From the IMG/VR virus record IMGVR_UViG_3300044454_000272, positions 1-61,448 of that record: a stretch of 61,448 nt of DNA; one strand, written 5' to 3'. Of the stretch, positions 36,199 through 45,214 are shown one piece after another. Below the pieces are notes generated by a model. That model was not told the DNA's origin, did no database searches, and was given only the letters and a program-made list of their open reading frames with translations. This DNA is from a virus (Duplodnaviria; Caudoviricetes). Made by a program: the position numbers and the translations under genes. The number at the start of each line of letters is the position of its first letter. Positions within the stretch are counted from its first letter, which is position 1.

Positions 36199-36383
36199 TG
36201 AATGAGAAGTTGCACGCCAGCGTGTTGGAGAGGAGCCTGGACAACATCCTAGCTGGCGTTGGCTGGTATGCATTCCACACCGATGAAAAGGGAGTGCTGA
36301 ACGCCATCCAAGTTGACGGGACAGTTACGTGTGAGCAATGGGAAGCTGTGGCAAAGCTTCTTCGCGAGCGCACGGATGCATGA
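36195..36383 (+). CDS. Hypothetical protein
   Basis: ATGA overlap. Confidence 0.5.
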   Translation: MMNEKLHASVLERSLDNILAGVGWYAFHTDEKGVLNAIQVDGTVTCEQWEAVAKLLRERTDA

Positions 36384-36420
36384 CTACATTTTGGTACCAT
36401 GAAACTGTGGGTGCCAAAAA

Positions 36421-36615
36421 ATGCGGCAAGGTGACGTTGAACTAATGTGGAAACCGCCACGCGATGAAGCTGCGCGCTTAGTGCAGGAGTTGCGCACGAT
36501 TGCGGACGCGTTGGAGAAAGGTCAGCTGGCAGTGCTGAAATGGCAAGCAAAAAGACGAGCTAGGGTTGCCCACGCGACAGCGAACCTGGGAGCTAAAATT
36601 CCGGGTGATTGTTAG
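36421..36615 (+). CDS. Hypothetical protein
   Basis: Last ORF before late intergenic region. Confidence 0.4.
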   Translation: MRQGDVELMWKPPRDEAARLVQELRTIADALEKGQLAVLKWQAKRRARVAHATANLGAKIPGDC

Positions 36616-36727
36616 TCCACGAGAGCCCGCTGATTCCTCGCGATGTAGAGAGTGATAAGCCACTACTGCCGCCGCAGGTGTAAGTTGCAGCAAGCCGCGG
36701 GGTAGATCCGGCACCCGGCGCAAGTGC

Positions 36728-36756
36728 TTGTTGACACATTGCGCCCCCTGTATAAA
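36728..36756 (+). promoter_or_regulatory. Candidate promoter upstream of terminase genes
   Basis: TTGTTG-17-TATAAA (overlapping TTGACA is only 14 nt from TATAAA). Confidence 0.4.
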
Positions 36757-36970
36757 AGCCACGCTCGGGGTGCATTGCTGTCCCCGTAGACATGACGTGT
36801 TTAGCGCTCGTTACTTGATACGTGGAGGCACGCTATGCTCTAAGCTTACTTGACCACTGTTCCCCCGATAAGGGCTGCGCGTGTAGTGTTTAGAAGAGGC
36901 GCGCAGCCCAGCAGCCCCGCCCCATAGTAGGAATGCTCACCCTATCACGTGTATCAAGTAGCTATTTTGT

Positions 36971-37621
36971 ATGTCAACTACCCGCCCCCGACTTACAGCT
37001 GACCCGCGCATAGCTGCGGGGAAGAAAATCCCGCCCAAGATTCCGAAGGCGCTAGATGCCGGCAACGTCGGCACGAGGCGCGGCGCTGCGAAGGATGAGG
37101 ACAACGCGCCCAAGAAGAAGAAGCGTTGGATAGCGCCGCCTGAACACATATGGAAGAAAGGGCGCTCGGGCAATCCCAAGTTCAACAAAGCGACGCTCGA
37201 CGTACTGCTCACGAAGCGTCAGCAAGCGCTCGAGGAGAAGCGTCGTTTCCTGGCTGCCGAAGGGCTGTCCCCGCTCGAGTTCTTGCTCAGCGTCATGCGC
37301 GACGGCGCAGAGAGCAAAAAGAACCGCATCACTGCCGCGCGCGCCGCCGCACCCTACTTGCACCGCAAGATGCCCATCGCCATTGAAGGCGGCGACCCGA
37401 ATCGGCCCATCGTGTTCGAAGCCAACATGCTGGCAGGGCTTACAGTGGAGGAAAAGGTTTCGTTGCTCGGCATTGTGGAGAAGATGGCACAGATGCAGCA
37501 AATGCCCAGTACAGTAGCCGCAGGCAAGCAGTTGATAGCGGGCGTTGCAACGCGGGAAGCAGATTCCGACGACGCAGACGAGCTTAACGACGACGACGAG
37601 GAAGGGAGTGACGACGCATGA
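36971..37621 (+). CDS. terS: Terminase small subunit
   Basis: WKKGRSGNP, SPLEFLLSVMRD, RITAARAAAPYLH; upstream of TerL. Confidence 0.75.
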   Translation: MSTTRPRLTADPRIAAGKKIPPKIPKALDAGNVGTRRGAAKDEDNAPKKKKRWIAPPEHIWKKGRSGNPKFNKATLDVLLTKRQQALEEKRRFLAAEGLSPLEFLLSVMRDGAESKKNRITAARAAAPYLHRKMPIAIEGGDPNRPIVFEANMLAGLTVEEKVSLLGIVEKMAQMQQMPSTVAAGKQLIAGVATREADSDDADELNDDDEEGSDDA

Positions 37622-38031
37622 GCAAGCTACTGGAGAAGCTGCAAGCAGGGTTGGGCGTAGGCGCGATGCTGTACAAGGGCGACAAGCCAGGGCACGAGTT
37701 TCACGGCAACCAGTACAAAGGCGGAGAAGGTGGGGGTTCGCCGCAGGAACGCAGCAAGCAAGCAGAAGCAGCGGAGCGAGTCGCGGCGAGCGCATCCAGT
37801 TTGGCGCGCAACAGCCCAAGCAAGGAAACCCACGCTGCTGCTGCGAAGGAGCACCGCACAGCACAGGCAGCGCATGAAACCGCATCCGAAGCACACCGCG
37901 GCGCCAACAACTCACTAGAGCAGTACCACCACCGTATGGCAGCAGACACACATCGCCAGTCGGCAGAGCACCACGAGCGGGAAGCTAACAGCCGGAGTGG
38001 GGCAGCGAGCGGCGGCAAGTTCAAGGGCTAA
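37618..38031 (+). CDS. Putative virion cargo protein: GHEFHGNQY tag + His/Ala helical repeats
   Basis: LYKGDKPGHEFHGNQYKGGEGGG; HAAAAKEH..AAHE..EAH..HH..TH..EHH. Confidence 0.75.
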   Translation: MSKLLEKLQAGLGVGAMLYKGDKPGHEFHGNQYKGGEGGGSPQERSKQAEAAERVAASASSLARNSPSKETHAAAAKEHRTAQAAHETASEAHRGANNSLEQYHHRMAADTHRQSAEHHEREANSRSGAASGGKFKG

Positions 38032-38037
38032 GGCCAA

Positions 38038-39552
38038 GTGACACCCGCGCTCCAACTCGTCGACCCGGTAGGTGCCGCTGCACTGCGGGACCTGCTGCGC
38101 TATGACATCGAAGTGTTGGAGCCGGCGCGGCAGTCCTTCGGCGCGTACTGGAAGTTGACCAAGCCGGATATGGCATGGAATTGGTTTAACGATGTCATCG
38201 CCGCCGAGTTGCAGCAGTTCTACGAAGACGTGTACGCGGGCAAGCAGCCGCGCCTCATGTTGTTTGCTCCGCCCCGCCACGGCAAGTCGGAAGGCACGTC
38301 ACGGCGTTTCCCCTCGTGGGTGTTCGGCCAACGTCCCAACGCGCACATCATGGCCTGCTCGTACGCAGCCAGCCTGGCTCAGCGCATGAACCGCGACGTG
38401 CAGCGCATCATGGACACGCCGCTGTACACGCAGCTATTTCCCAACACCCGGCTCAACGTGCAGAACGTCGCCACGCTTGCTGGTCAGCCACTGCGCAACA
38501 GCGACATCTTCGAGATCGTCGACCACCTCGGCAGCTACCGCAGCGCTGGTGTGGGTGGCGGCATCACAGGGCAGGGCTTCGAGATCGGCATCATTGACGA
38601 CCCGGTCGCCAACGCGCAGGACGCCAACAGCGACGCAGTAATGACAGGATTGTGGGAGTGGTACCAGCAAGTGTTCTACAACCGGCAAGCGCCAATGGCC
38701 GGCATCGTTGTCATTATGACGCGGTGGGTGACGGACGACCTAGCAGGCCGTTTGCTGGAGGAAATGAAGACCGGCGGCGAGCAGTGGAAAGTGGTGCGCT
38801 TCCCTGCTGTAGCCGAAGAAGACGAGAAGTACCGCAAGGCCGGCGACGCGTTGTGTCCGGCGCGTTATCCCATCGAGCGGCTAAAGACGATGGAGCGGGC
38901 GAGCGGCTCCTATACGTGGGCAGCACTGTACCAGCAGCGTCCCGGTCCGAAGGGCGGCATCATTTTCAACCGCAAGCATTGGAAGTATTGGAAGGTGCTG
39001 CCCGAGTTCGAAGAGGTCATCCTCAGTGTGGACTGCACGTTCAAGGATTTGCAGTCCAATGACTACGTGGCAATTGGCGTGTGGGGACGCACCGGCGCCA
39101 ACAAGTATCTGTGCAAGCGGTTGCGGGAGCGGATGGGCTTCGCCGCAACCGTGTTGGCAATCCGTTCGGTGCACGCGTTGTTTCCCGCTTGCTCAGCTAT
39201 CCTGATCGAGGACAAGGCGAACGGCAGCGCTGTGATTGAAACGCTCAAGGAGCAGTTGTCGGGAGTGCTGGCCGTCGAACCGCTGGGCGGAAAGGTCGCG
39301 CGTGCTTATGCCATGCAACCGGAGCAGGAGGCGGGTAACCTCTACTTGCCTGACCCGGAAGTAGATAACGATATTGAAACGTTCTTGTCAGAGGCGAGCG
39401 CATTCCCGGGCGGCCATCACGACGATGAAGTGGACGAGATGACGCAAGCCGTTAATTGGTTCCGCACGCGCAGCAGTACGCTGGGCATGTTGCAATACCT
39501 GCAACAGCAAGCAGCCGAGGCGCGTGCTAAACAAGAGAAGGAGGCAGCATGA
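38038..39552 (+). CDS. terL: Terminase large subunit
   Basis: PPRHGKS, GVGGGITG, IIDDP, MTRW..DDL, YQQRP, SVD, IEDKANG, HDDEVD. Confidence 0.95.
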   Translation: MTPALQLVDPVGAAALRDLLRYDIEVLEPARQSFGAYWKLTKPDMAWNWFNDVIAAELQQFYEDVYAGKQPRLMLFAPPRHGKSEGTSRRFPSWVFGQRPNAHIMACSYAASLAQRMNRDVQRIMDTPLYTQLFPNTRLNVQNVATLAGQPLRNSDIFEIVDHLGSYRSAGVGGGITGQGFEIGIIDDPVANAQDANSDAVMTGLWEWYQQVFYNRQAPMAGIVVIMTRWVTDDLAGRLLEEMKTGGEQWKVVRFPAVAEEDEKYRKAGDALCPARYPIERLKTMERASGSYTWAALYQQRPGPKGGIIFNRKHWKYWKVLPEFEEVILSVDCTFKDLQSNDYVAIGVWGRTGANKYLCKRLRERMGFAATVLAIRSVHALFPACSAILIEDKANGSAVIETLKEQLSGVLAVEPLGGKVARAYAMQPEQEAGNLYLPDPEVDNDIETFLSEASAFPGGHHDDEVDEMTQAVNWFRTRSSTLGMLQYLQQQAAEARAKQEKEAA

Positions 39553-39686
39553 TTTACCGCAAGATGCGCAAGCGAGTGGCAAAGGCCGCATAGTGATCGG
39601 AGCGCTGAAAACGTTGCTCGTCACCGCAGCGTTGGCAGTGCAGATCGTTGTGCTGTTGTTGTTCTGGACTACGTGGGAGTGTAGCG

Positions 39687-39977
39687 ATGGACGACGTGAC
39701 GCAGCAGTACCTGAAACAATTTCCGCGTGGCTCCGCGGGTTATAGGCTGCGGCAGGAGCGGGCGCGTATTGCCAAGCAGGTAGCCTGCCAAGGCTGTGAC
39801 GGCGAGGGCCTGCCGGGTTGCGCTGGATGCAACGGTACAGGAGTGCGGATCCGTCCGGAGCGGCGTCCGCCGTTGTGGTGGCGCATGCAGTGTGCGCTTG
39901 TAGAGCCGATGACACCGATGCAGTTCGTTGTCGCGGTGGCAGTGTTTGGCGTCTACGTGTGGTGGCTGCTGCGATGA
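39687..39977 (+). CDS. DnaJ-type Zn-finger protein with C-terminal TM helix
   Basis: CQGCDGEG..GCAGCNGTG; hydrophobic tail. Confidence 0.6.
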   Translation: MDDVTQQYLKQFPRGSAGYRLRQERARIAKQVACQGCDGEGLPGCAGCNGTGVRIRPERRPPLWWRMQCALVEPMTPMQFVVAVAVFGVYVWWLLR

Positions 39978-40243
39978 CAACGATGGAGGCGCCTGTTGTC
40001 ACTGTTGGCTATAACGTCGACCACGAAATCGCGTTCGTGCGCGGGCTGGGAACGTACTCCTACTCGTGCCGGCTGCCGCGGCTGCGCTTGCTGCTGAACT
40101 ACCGCGTCGCCTTGAACAAGCGGGCGCAAGGTTTCAAGGGCAACCCGTTAAACGAAGCAGACCGGCAACAGATCCTCCAAGTCGTGGACCGCTGCATCAT
40201 CCTCGAGCAATCGCCCAAGCTGCACCCGGAGACAAGACAATGA
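39974..40243 (+). CDS. Hypothetical protein
   Basis: ATGA overlap. Confidence 0.55.
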   Translation: MTTMEAPVVTVGYNVDHEIAFVRGLGTYSYSCRLPRLRLLLNYRVALNKRAQGFKGNPLNEADRQQILQVVDRCIILEQSPKLHPETRQ

Positions 40244-40734
40244 GGCACCGGCATCACGATCCTTCTTTCACGCGCGCATTGCGCGAGATCCTGCGTGCGC
40301 TTCTGTGTTGTCCAGATGGTGACGACGAGAAGCTGCGCATTACCGCCCGTTTCAAGGGCTTTACTTGCACTGCAACTGGAGAACTATCCATGGACTTCAA
40401 AGACACCGATCTACCCGGCACCGTCACTCTCAGCGTAGCCGCGCCCGTTGACGCCAAGGGGCACACTGCCAAGCTAGACGGCATCCCGGTCTGGGAATTG
40501 GACGACGAGAGCAATGCGCAGATCGTTTCCCAAGCGGACGACGGCCTGTCGTGCGTCGTGCACCTCGACGACACCCCGAGCGCCACACAGGTGCGGGTAA
40601 GCGCAGATGCCGACCTCGGCGATGGTGTGCGGGAGATCGTCGCGGTTGCTGTGCTCAACGTCGTGCCCGGCGACGCAGTGGGCTTCGGTGACATTCAAGT
40701 CAGCCCGGTCACGCCCGATCCTTCCAACCCGTAA
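40240..40734 (+). CDS. Ig-like beta-sandwich protein (alternative start ATG 40390)
   Basis: VDAKGH.A.LDG.P.W, DGLSC, V.ADADLGDG. Confidence 0.6.
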   Translation: MRHRHHDPSFTRALREILRALLCCPDGDDEKLRITARFKGFTCTATGELSMDFKDTDLPGTVTLSVAAPVDAKGHTAKLDGIPVWELDDESNAQIVSQADDGLSCVVHLDDTPSATQVRVSADADLGDGVREIVAVAVLNVVPGDAVGFGDIQVSPVTPDPSNP

Positions 40735-40747
40735 AAGGAATCCAAGC

Positions 40748-42010
40748 GTGAGCAACCTCGAGCGGCTGAGCAAGTTTCTGGCGGCGCCATCCTTGTCACC
40801 GCACATTGACTTGCAGCAGGTGCGTCTCGCCGCAGCGGCAGCAGCCAAGCAACAAGTGGTTGCTGTTGTTGCGGAGTCGCTCGCCCTGTCGCCGCTCGAG
40901 TTCGCCAAGCTAGCAGAGCAAGTGCGGAAGGAGTGGGACGAATCCAAGCACCCGCGCGACGACCGCGGGCGCTTCTCGGACGGCGGTGGTGGCGGTGGCA
41001 GCAGCGCACACGAGCCCGAGCCAGGTCCCGCGGCGCCGCTCATCGCGGACCACGTGACGCTAGCTACGCTCACGCTGGGGCAGCACCTCGGCTCTGGCAA
41101 GAACGTGACCGCAGCCATCCGCGCTACTGCACTCGCGCACCCGGACATTGACGCGCGCCACTTGGTGGCAGCAGGCAAAGCACATGGGCTGAACCCTAGC
41201 ACTGTCCGCATTCAAGTGGCCACGGCTCGAGGCAATCCGTGGAAGCCGGGTGACGCGAAACCGAAGCCGCCTGAAGATAAGCCGCTCACGCCCAAGCCGC
41301 CTGAGGACACAAGGCCGATCGCGCCGCCCCCTCCACCGACGCCGCCCACAACGCCCGCAACGCCGGCCGAACCGAAGCCGGCGCCGTATGACACGCTGCA
41401 CGGGCAAGCGTCGCGGCGCATCGACTTCTCCAAGTATCCCAATAGCGGGTACGCGCTTATCCCGACTGATAACAAAGCGGAGCGTGCGCGCATCGTCAAG
41501 GACGTCGTGAAGTCGCAACTTGCGGCACTGGGCATGGCAAGCCAACGCGTTACTGTTTCCACCGGTGCGTACGAGTTCAAGGTAGGCGAGAAGTCGTGCA
41601 AAGCAGCAGGACAGTTTAGCCCTAGCACCAAGCGCATCTCGGTCTACTTAGATGCCAACCTTGGCACACCGCGCGACTTAGCTGGACTGGTGCGGCATGA
41701 AGCACTGCATGCACGCTTCGCAAACGCTGACAAAGGCTGGATGCAACCGACCCGCGTAAAGAATTTCGTCATTGCCAACTTCGACAAGCTCAAGGCAGAG
41801 GACGGTACAACGAACTATTCCAAGGCGTATTGGACTAAGGCAAATTCTGCAATGACTACTGGCGGCGCAGCAGTTGACAGTTTCATCGCCCGTAGCGCCG
41901 TCAATGAGTCGCTGGCAGAGATGCATAACGCGGGCTATGTAACGCCGACGTACCAGAAGCTCAACAGCCTGATCGACCGGGCATGGCAGCGGAAAGCAAA
42001 GTATGGCTGA
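40748..42010 (+). CDS. Putative virion cargo: HPRD..GRF tag, HTH-like domain, Pro linker, zincin metallopeptidase-like domain
   Basis: RKEWDESKHPRDDRGRFSDGGGGG; RHEALH; TNYSKAYW; NESLAE. Confidence 0.75.
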   Translation: MSNLERLSKFLAAPSLSPHIDLQQVRLAAAAAAKQQVVAVVAESLALSPLEFAKLAEQVRKEWDESKHPRDDRGRFSDGGGGGGSSAHEPEPGPAAPLIADHVTLATLTLGQHLGSGKNVTAAIRATALAHPDIDARHLVAAGKAHGLNPSTVRIQVATARGNPWKPGDAKPKPPEDKPLTPKPPEDTRPIAPPPPPTPPTTPATPAEPKPAPYDTLHGQASRRIDFSKYPNSGYALIPTDNKAERARIVKDVVKSQLAALGMASQRVTVSTGAYEFKVGEKSCKAAGQFSPSTKRISVYLDANLGTPRDLAGLVRHEALHARFANADKGWMQPTRVKNFVIANFDKLKAEDGTTNYSKAYWTKANSAMTTGGAAVDSFIARSAVNESLAEMHNAGYVTPTYQKLNSLIDRAWQRKAKYG

Positions 42011-42212
42011 CAAGCAACTCGTGCAAACGCTGGAGGACGGAAGCTTGGCCGTGTTTCTGGATGAAGACATGGAGCCGGTGTTTCAGGACGATCCCCGCGC
42101 TAAGTACGTGCGGATCAACAGGCCGGATGGCGGTTCAGTGTTCGGCGAACTCGTGCAGCCGGGACAGGAAGGGGGGTTGAGGGGCGATGTACAAAACGTA
42201 CGGAACGCATAG
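42003..42212 (+). CDS. Small acidic protein overlapping zincin gene end
   Basis: VFLDEDMEPV...AKYVRI..PDG. Confidence 0.6.
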   Translation: MADKQLVQTLEDGSLAVFLDEDMEPVFQDDPRAKYVRINRPDGGSVFGELVQPGQEGGLRGDVQNVRNA

Positions 42213-42834
42213 GCAAACCGCTGAAGGCGGGCTTGGACGCGGCCCCGAGTGCGCGGACACGCAGGCGCCCGTCCAATCTGTCCGCCGTCCCAACGAAGGC
42301 GGACTAGGCAGCCGCATCGTCGCCTTGCTGGTCATAGGGGCGGATCCCTTCCTCAGCAAGGGTGACGTGCCCGGACACGAGTTTCACGGGAATCAATACA
42401 AGGATGGCAGCGGCTCGAGCAAGGACACTAACGAGCAGCGGCGGCTGAAAGTTGAACGCGCGCTGGCAACGCACAAGCCGTCCACACAGGAGAAGCAGCG
42501 CAAGGCGGACGCAGCGGAGCGGAGCGTGGCAGCGATTGTCAGCGGAACCCGCACCGACAACAACAACCCCGTTGACGTGACAGTAGGTAAGCGGGTGGGC
42601 GTGGAAGTCAAAGCCGTGATGGATAACGGCAACAACAAAATCACGATGCACCCGGAGAGTAAGGCACGCAAGGAAGCGTGGGCAAAGGAGAACAAGGCGT
42701 CGCTGCACACCGTCGTGGTCGACACGCGCAGCGGGAAGATGTATTACCGCGAAGGCGTGGGCAGCTTCCGGATCCACAACATGACTCCGGTGACGGCAAA
42801 GGAATTGAAGTCGCTGCTAAAGGGGAAGAAATGA
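42187..42834 (+). CDS. Putative virion cargo: GHEFHGNQY tag + PD-(D/E)xK nuclease-like domain (start uncertain)
   Basis: PFLSKGDVPGHEFHGNQY; AAE, NNPVDV..G..VEVK. Confidence 0.65.
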   Translation: MYKTYGTHRQTAEGGLGRGPECADTQAPVQSVRRPNEGGLGSRIVALLVIGADPFLSKGDVPGHEFHGNQYKDGSGSSKDTNEQRRLKVERALATHKPSTQEKQRKADAAERSVAAIVSGTRTDNNNPVDVTVGKRVGVEVKAVMDNGNNKITMHPESKARKEAWAKENKASLHTVVVDTRSGKMYYREGVGSFRIHNMTPVTAKELKSLLKGKK

Positions 42835-43034
42835 GAGCTTGCATTGCCGTCGACAGCTGGAAGCTCGACATCTTCAAGGAGCATCTAGCGACTGCGGGCT
42901 ACACGTACGAGCAAGGACCGGGATTGTCGGAAGGCACGGCGCTGCTTTACGTGGAAGCGGCCAGCGCGTCGACGCTCGAGCCTGTGGTACGCGCAGCCAA
43001 CAACGAAGCAGCACGCATGAAACAGGGGCATTGA
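42831..43034 (+). CDS. Hypothetical protein
   Basis: ATGA overlap; IAVDSWKL.IF..HL. Confidence 0.6.
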   Translation: MRACIAVDSWKLDIFKEHLATAGYTYEQGPGLSEGTALLYVEAASASTLEPVVRAANNEAARMKQGH

Positions 43035-43036
43035 AC

Positions 43037-43510
43037 ATGAGCTTGACGACAGACCCAAACGATCCGCGCCTCGTACGCAAAGGCCCTGACCAGGAACCCG
43101 TGCCGCAGAACGAAGTCTACCTTGTGCTCTCGGAAGCAGAGCGCGCCAAAGGGTTCGTGCGCCCCTACCGCGCCGTCTACGTGCACGTGGGCAGGCCGGG
43201 ACCAGAGTATCCGCTGCGGGATCTCACCCCGGAGGAGCAAGGGTGTTACCACAGCTATAAGTACGTCAAGTACGAGGAGTACCCGGTGGAAATGCACCCG
43301 CGCCTTGGTCGTTACTGGACGCAGGAGGATCTCGACAACATCGGCAACGGCTGCGGTTCGGAAACGAAGATGAGTCCCGAGCTGGCGGAAACCTACGCGC
43401 GCGAGCCGCACTTCTATGGCGCGACGTACTGCGTCCGCTGCCGCATGCATCGGCCGGTGGGAGAGGTAGGCGAGTTCGTGTGGCGTGACGGCAGTCGCGT
43501 CGGTACGTAG
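43037..43510 (+). CDS. Conserved-type Zn-binding phage protein
   Basis: YLVLSEAERAKGFVRPYR, CG..T.M...AETYAR.P.FYGATYC..C..H. Confidence 0.75.
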   Translation: MSLTTDPNDPRLVRKGPDQEPVPQNEVYLVLSEAERAKGFVRPYRAVYVHVGRPGPEYPLRDLTPEEQGCYHSYKYVKYEEYPVEMHPRLGRYWTQEDLDNIGNGCGSETKMSPELAETYAREPHFYGATYCVRCRMHRPVGEVGEFVWRDGSRVGT

Positions 43511-43527
43511 TTCAAAGGAGCAGCAAA

Positions 43528-43689
43528 ATGATTTCACTGACCACAGTCTTGTTCGTTATCCTAGTCATCGTGCTCATCGGCGCGCTGCCCGTGTACCCGC
43601 ATTCGTCAGAGTGGGGGTGGTCCCCGGCTGCGGTAATCGTCACTGTGCTGGTCGTGCTGCTGTTGCTGCGGGTGTTCCACGTACTGTGA
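43528..43689 (+). CDS. DUF3309-like small membrane protein (absent from ORF track)
   Basis: MISLTTVLFVILVIVLIGALPVYPHSSEWGWSP...; AAGGAG RBS. Confidence 0.75.
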   Translation: MISLTTVLFVILVIVLIGALPVYPHSSEWGWSPAAVIVTVLVVLLLLRVFHVL

Positions 43690-43691
43690 AG

Positions 43692-43973
43692 ATGAAGGGC
43701 CGCCGCGTGTACCCCGACATGCTGGGTTTCTTGCCGCCGCTCGAGCCGGGCGACTACGGGCGCGCTACCGCGAAGCAGTTTGCGGAGCGCCACCCCAGTA
43801 TGTTGTGGTGGCAGGTGTGTGCGCCGGATGCGACGCAGGGCTCGCTCAACCCGGCAATCCACATCGTGGACGAGCACCCGGATGGAACGATTACTGTGTC
43901 ACCGTCGATCGACTTTTCGCAGCGGCGGATCGGCGGTTACCACGGCTACCTTGTAAAAGGGGAGTGGTCGTAA
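43692..43973 (+). CDS. DUF6527-like protein
   Basis: TITVSPSI....YHGYL..GEW. Confidence 0.6.
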   Translation: MKGRRVYPDMLGFLPPLEPGDYGRATAKQFAERHPSMLWWQVCAPDATQGSLNPAIHIVDEHPDGTITVSPSIDFSQRRIGGYHGYLVKGEWS

Positions 43974-44162
43974 ATGCTGCGCATCACTGCACCGCACTTC
44001 GTTGCTGGCATCGAGCCAGGCAAGGTGTGTGCACCGATCATCCGTTACATGCTGCCGTGGAGTGAAAAGCGTATCCGCCAGTTCTGCGCAATGAAAGGCT
44101 GGCGTGTCAGCAACATTTCTTTTCTCGAGAGGAGACTAAAAAGTGGCAACTCGCACCATTAA
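43974..44162 (+). CDS. Small conserved-type phage protein
   Basis: I.APHFVAG, APIIRYM..W...I..FC..KGW. Confidence 0.65.
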   Translation: MLRITAPHFVAGIEPGKVCAPIIRYMLPWSEKRIRQFCAMKGWRVSNISFLERRLKSGNSHH

Positions 44163-44793
44163 GCCGCCGGGTGGCGGTGGACGTATCGAAATGTTCGGTC
44201 GTGTCTATCAAGCTGCGGACGGTGTGTCTGTTTCCAACGTGCCGCTGGATGACGCACTGATTGCAGCCGCCAATGGGTGGACTATTGTATTGGAAGAAGC
44301 GGCTGCGGCACTGCTGCACAGCCGTTACACCCTCGCGCTCGCCGGTACGTACGCGCACCTGAAGGCGGATCTCGGCGTGGCAGCGCTGACTGCTTTGCCT
44401 CCTGCTGTCGCTGTGGAAGAGGAGGAGATCGCCGTGGAGCAAGCCGCAGCAAATGCTCGAGCCGAGGAGTTGCGGACGATCCTAGCTGCGCACATGCTGG
44501 GAGTCGGCAACTCGACCACTGACGGCTTCCACAAGGCTGCGGACTCGGCGCGCCGCACGACGCTACTCGCGATCGCCGCAGCTACCGACCTCGCGTCGTG
44601 CATCACGTTGGTCAACGGTCTCAAGACTGCGTTCGCCCACGGTTCGCAAGCGGGCGTCCACTTTACGAACGATGCAGCGCTCGCAGCGGCGACCATTACA
44701 ACGGACCCGCCGACAACGCTCGCGCACTGCACCACCGATCTTAACGACGTACTCGCAGCGTTGACGGCGCACTTCGCGTTGGCGACTCCGTAA
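44143..44793 (+). CDS. Ala-rich protein, possible head decoration
   Basis: AGGAG RBS; repeated L...N.L..A..AH motifs. Confidence 0.65.
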   Translation: MATRTIKPPGGGGRIEMFGRVYQAADGVSVSNVPLDDALIAAANGWTIVLEEAAAALLHSRYTLALAGTYAHLKADLGVAALTALPPAVAVEEEEIAVEQAAANARAEELRTILAAHMLGVGNSTTDGFHKAADSARRTTLLAIAAATDLASCITLVNGLKTAFAHGSQAGVHFTNDAALAAATITTDPPTTLAHCTTDLNDVLAALTAHFALATP

Positions 44794-44923
44794 GTTACAT
44801 GAAGCACCGATTGTGGCGGTGGTGGTGGAGGCGGACTGCAAAGAGGCTGGGTTGCCGCGCGATCGACTGTCAGTGCACGTGGAAGCGGCTGCGCTTTAGC
44901 TGGTCGGTTTGGTGGATGACGCG

Positions 44924-45214
44924 ATGAGTTACTACGCCTATGATGTACACGGCTATCTCGGCGATGTGGCGAGCGGGCCGGGGTGGCACGATTTCACACT
45001 ATGGGCAGCAACGCAAGGCGGCGCGCTAGCACAGCTGGCGAAGAACGGCTACGTGTACCAGACCAACGTGCTCGCTGCGGAAGCTGCTCGCGCTACCGCT
45101 CCCAACGCCAGCGCTGCTAGTATCTTGTCCAACCTCATTCAGCTGGCGCGCAAGGCGGAGGATTGTTTGCTCGTGTCGGACGGGTGGGAAGGAGATGGGA
45201 GGCAAGCCGCATGA
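44924..45214 (+). CDS. Small protein directly upstream of ART gene
   Basis: MSYYAYD..GY.GD.AS..GW; ATGA overlap with next gene. Confidence 0.65.
   Translation: MSYYAYDVHGYLGDVASGPGWHDFTLWAATQGGALAQLAKNGYVYQTNVLAAEAARATAPNASAASILSNLIQLARKAEDCLLVSDGWEGDGRQAA

Noticed and set aside
36615-36970. tRNA or pac site in the late intergenic region
   Set aside because: No cloverleaf or T-loop GTTC signature; a 10-bp inverted repeat (gggctgcgcg/cgcgcagccc) exists but is insufficient to assign function
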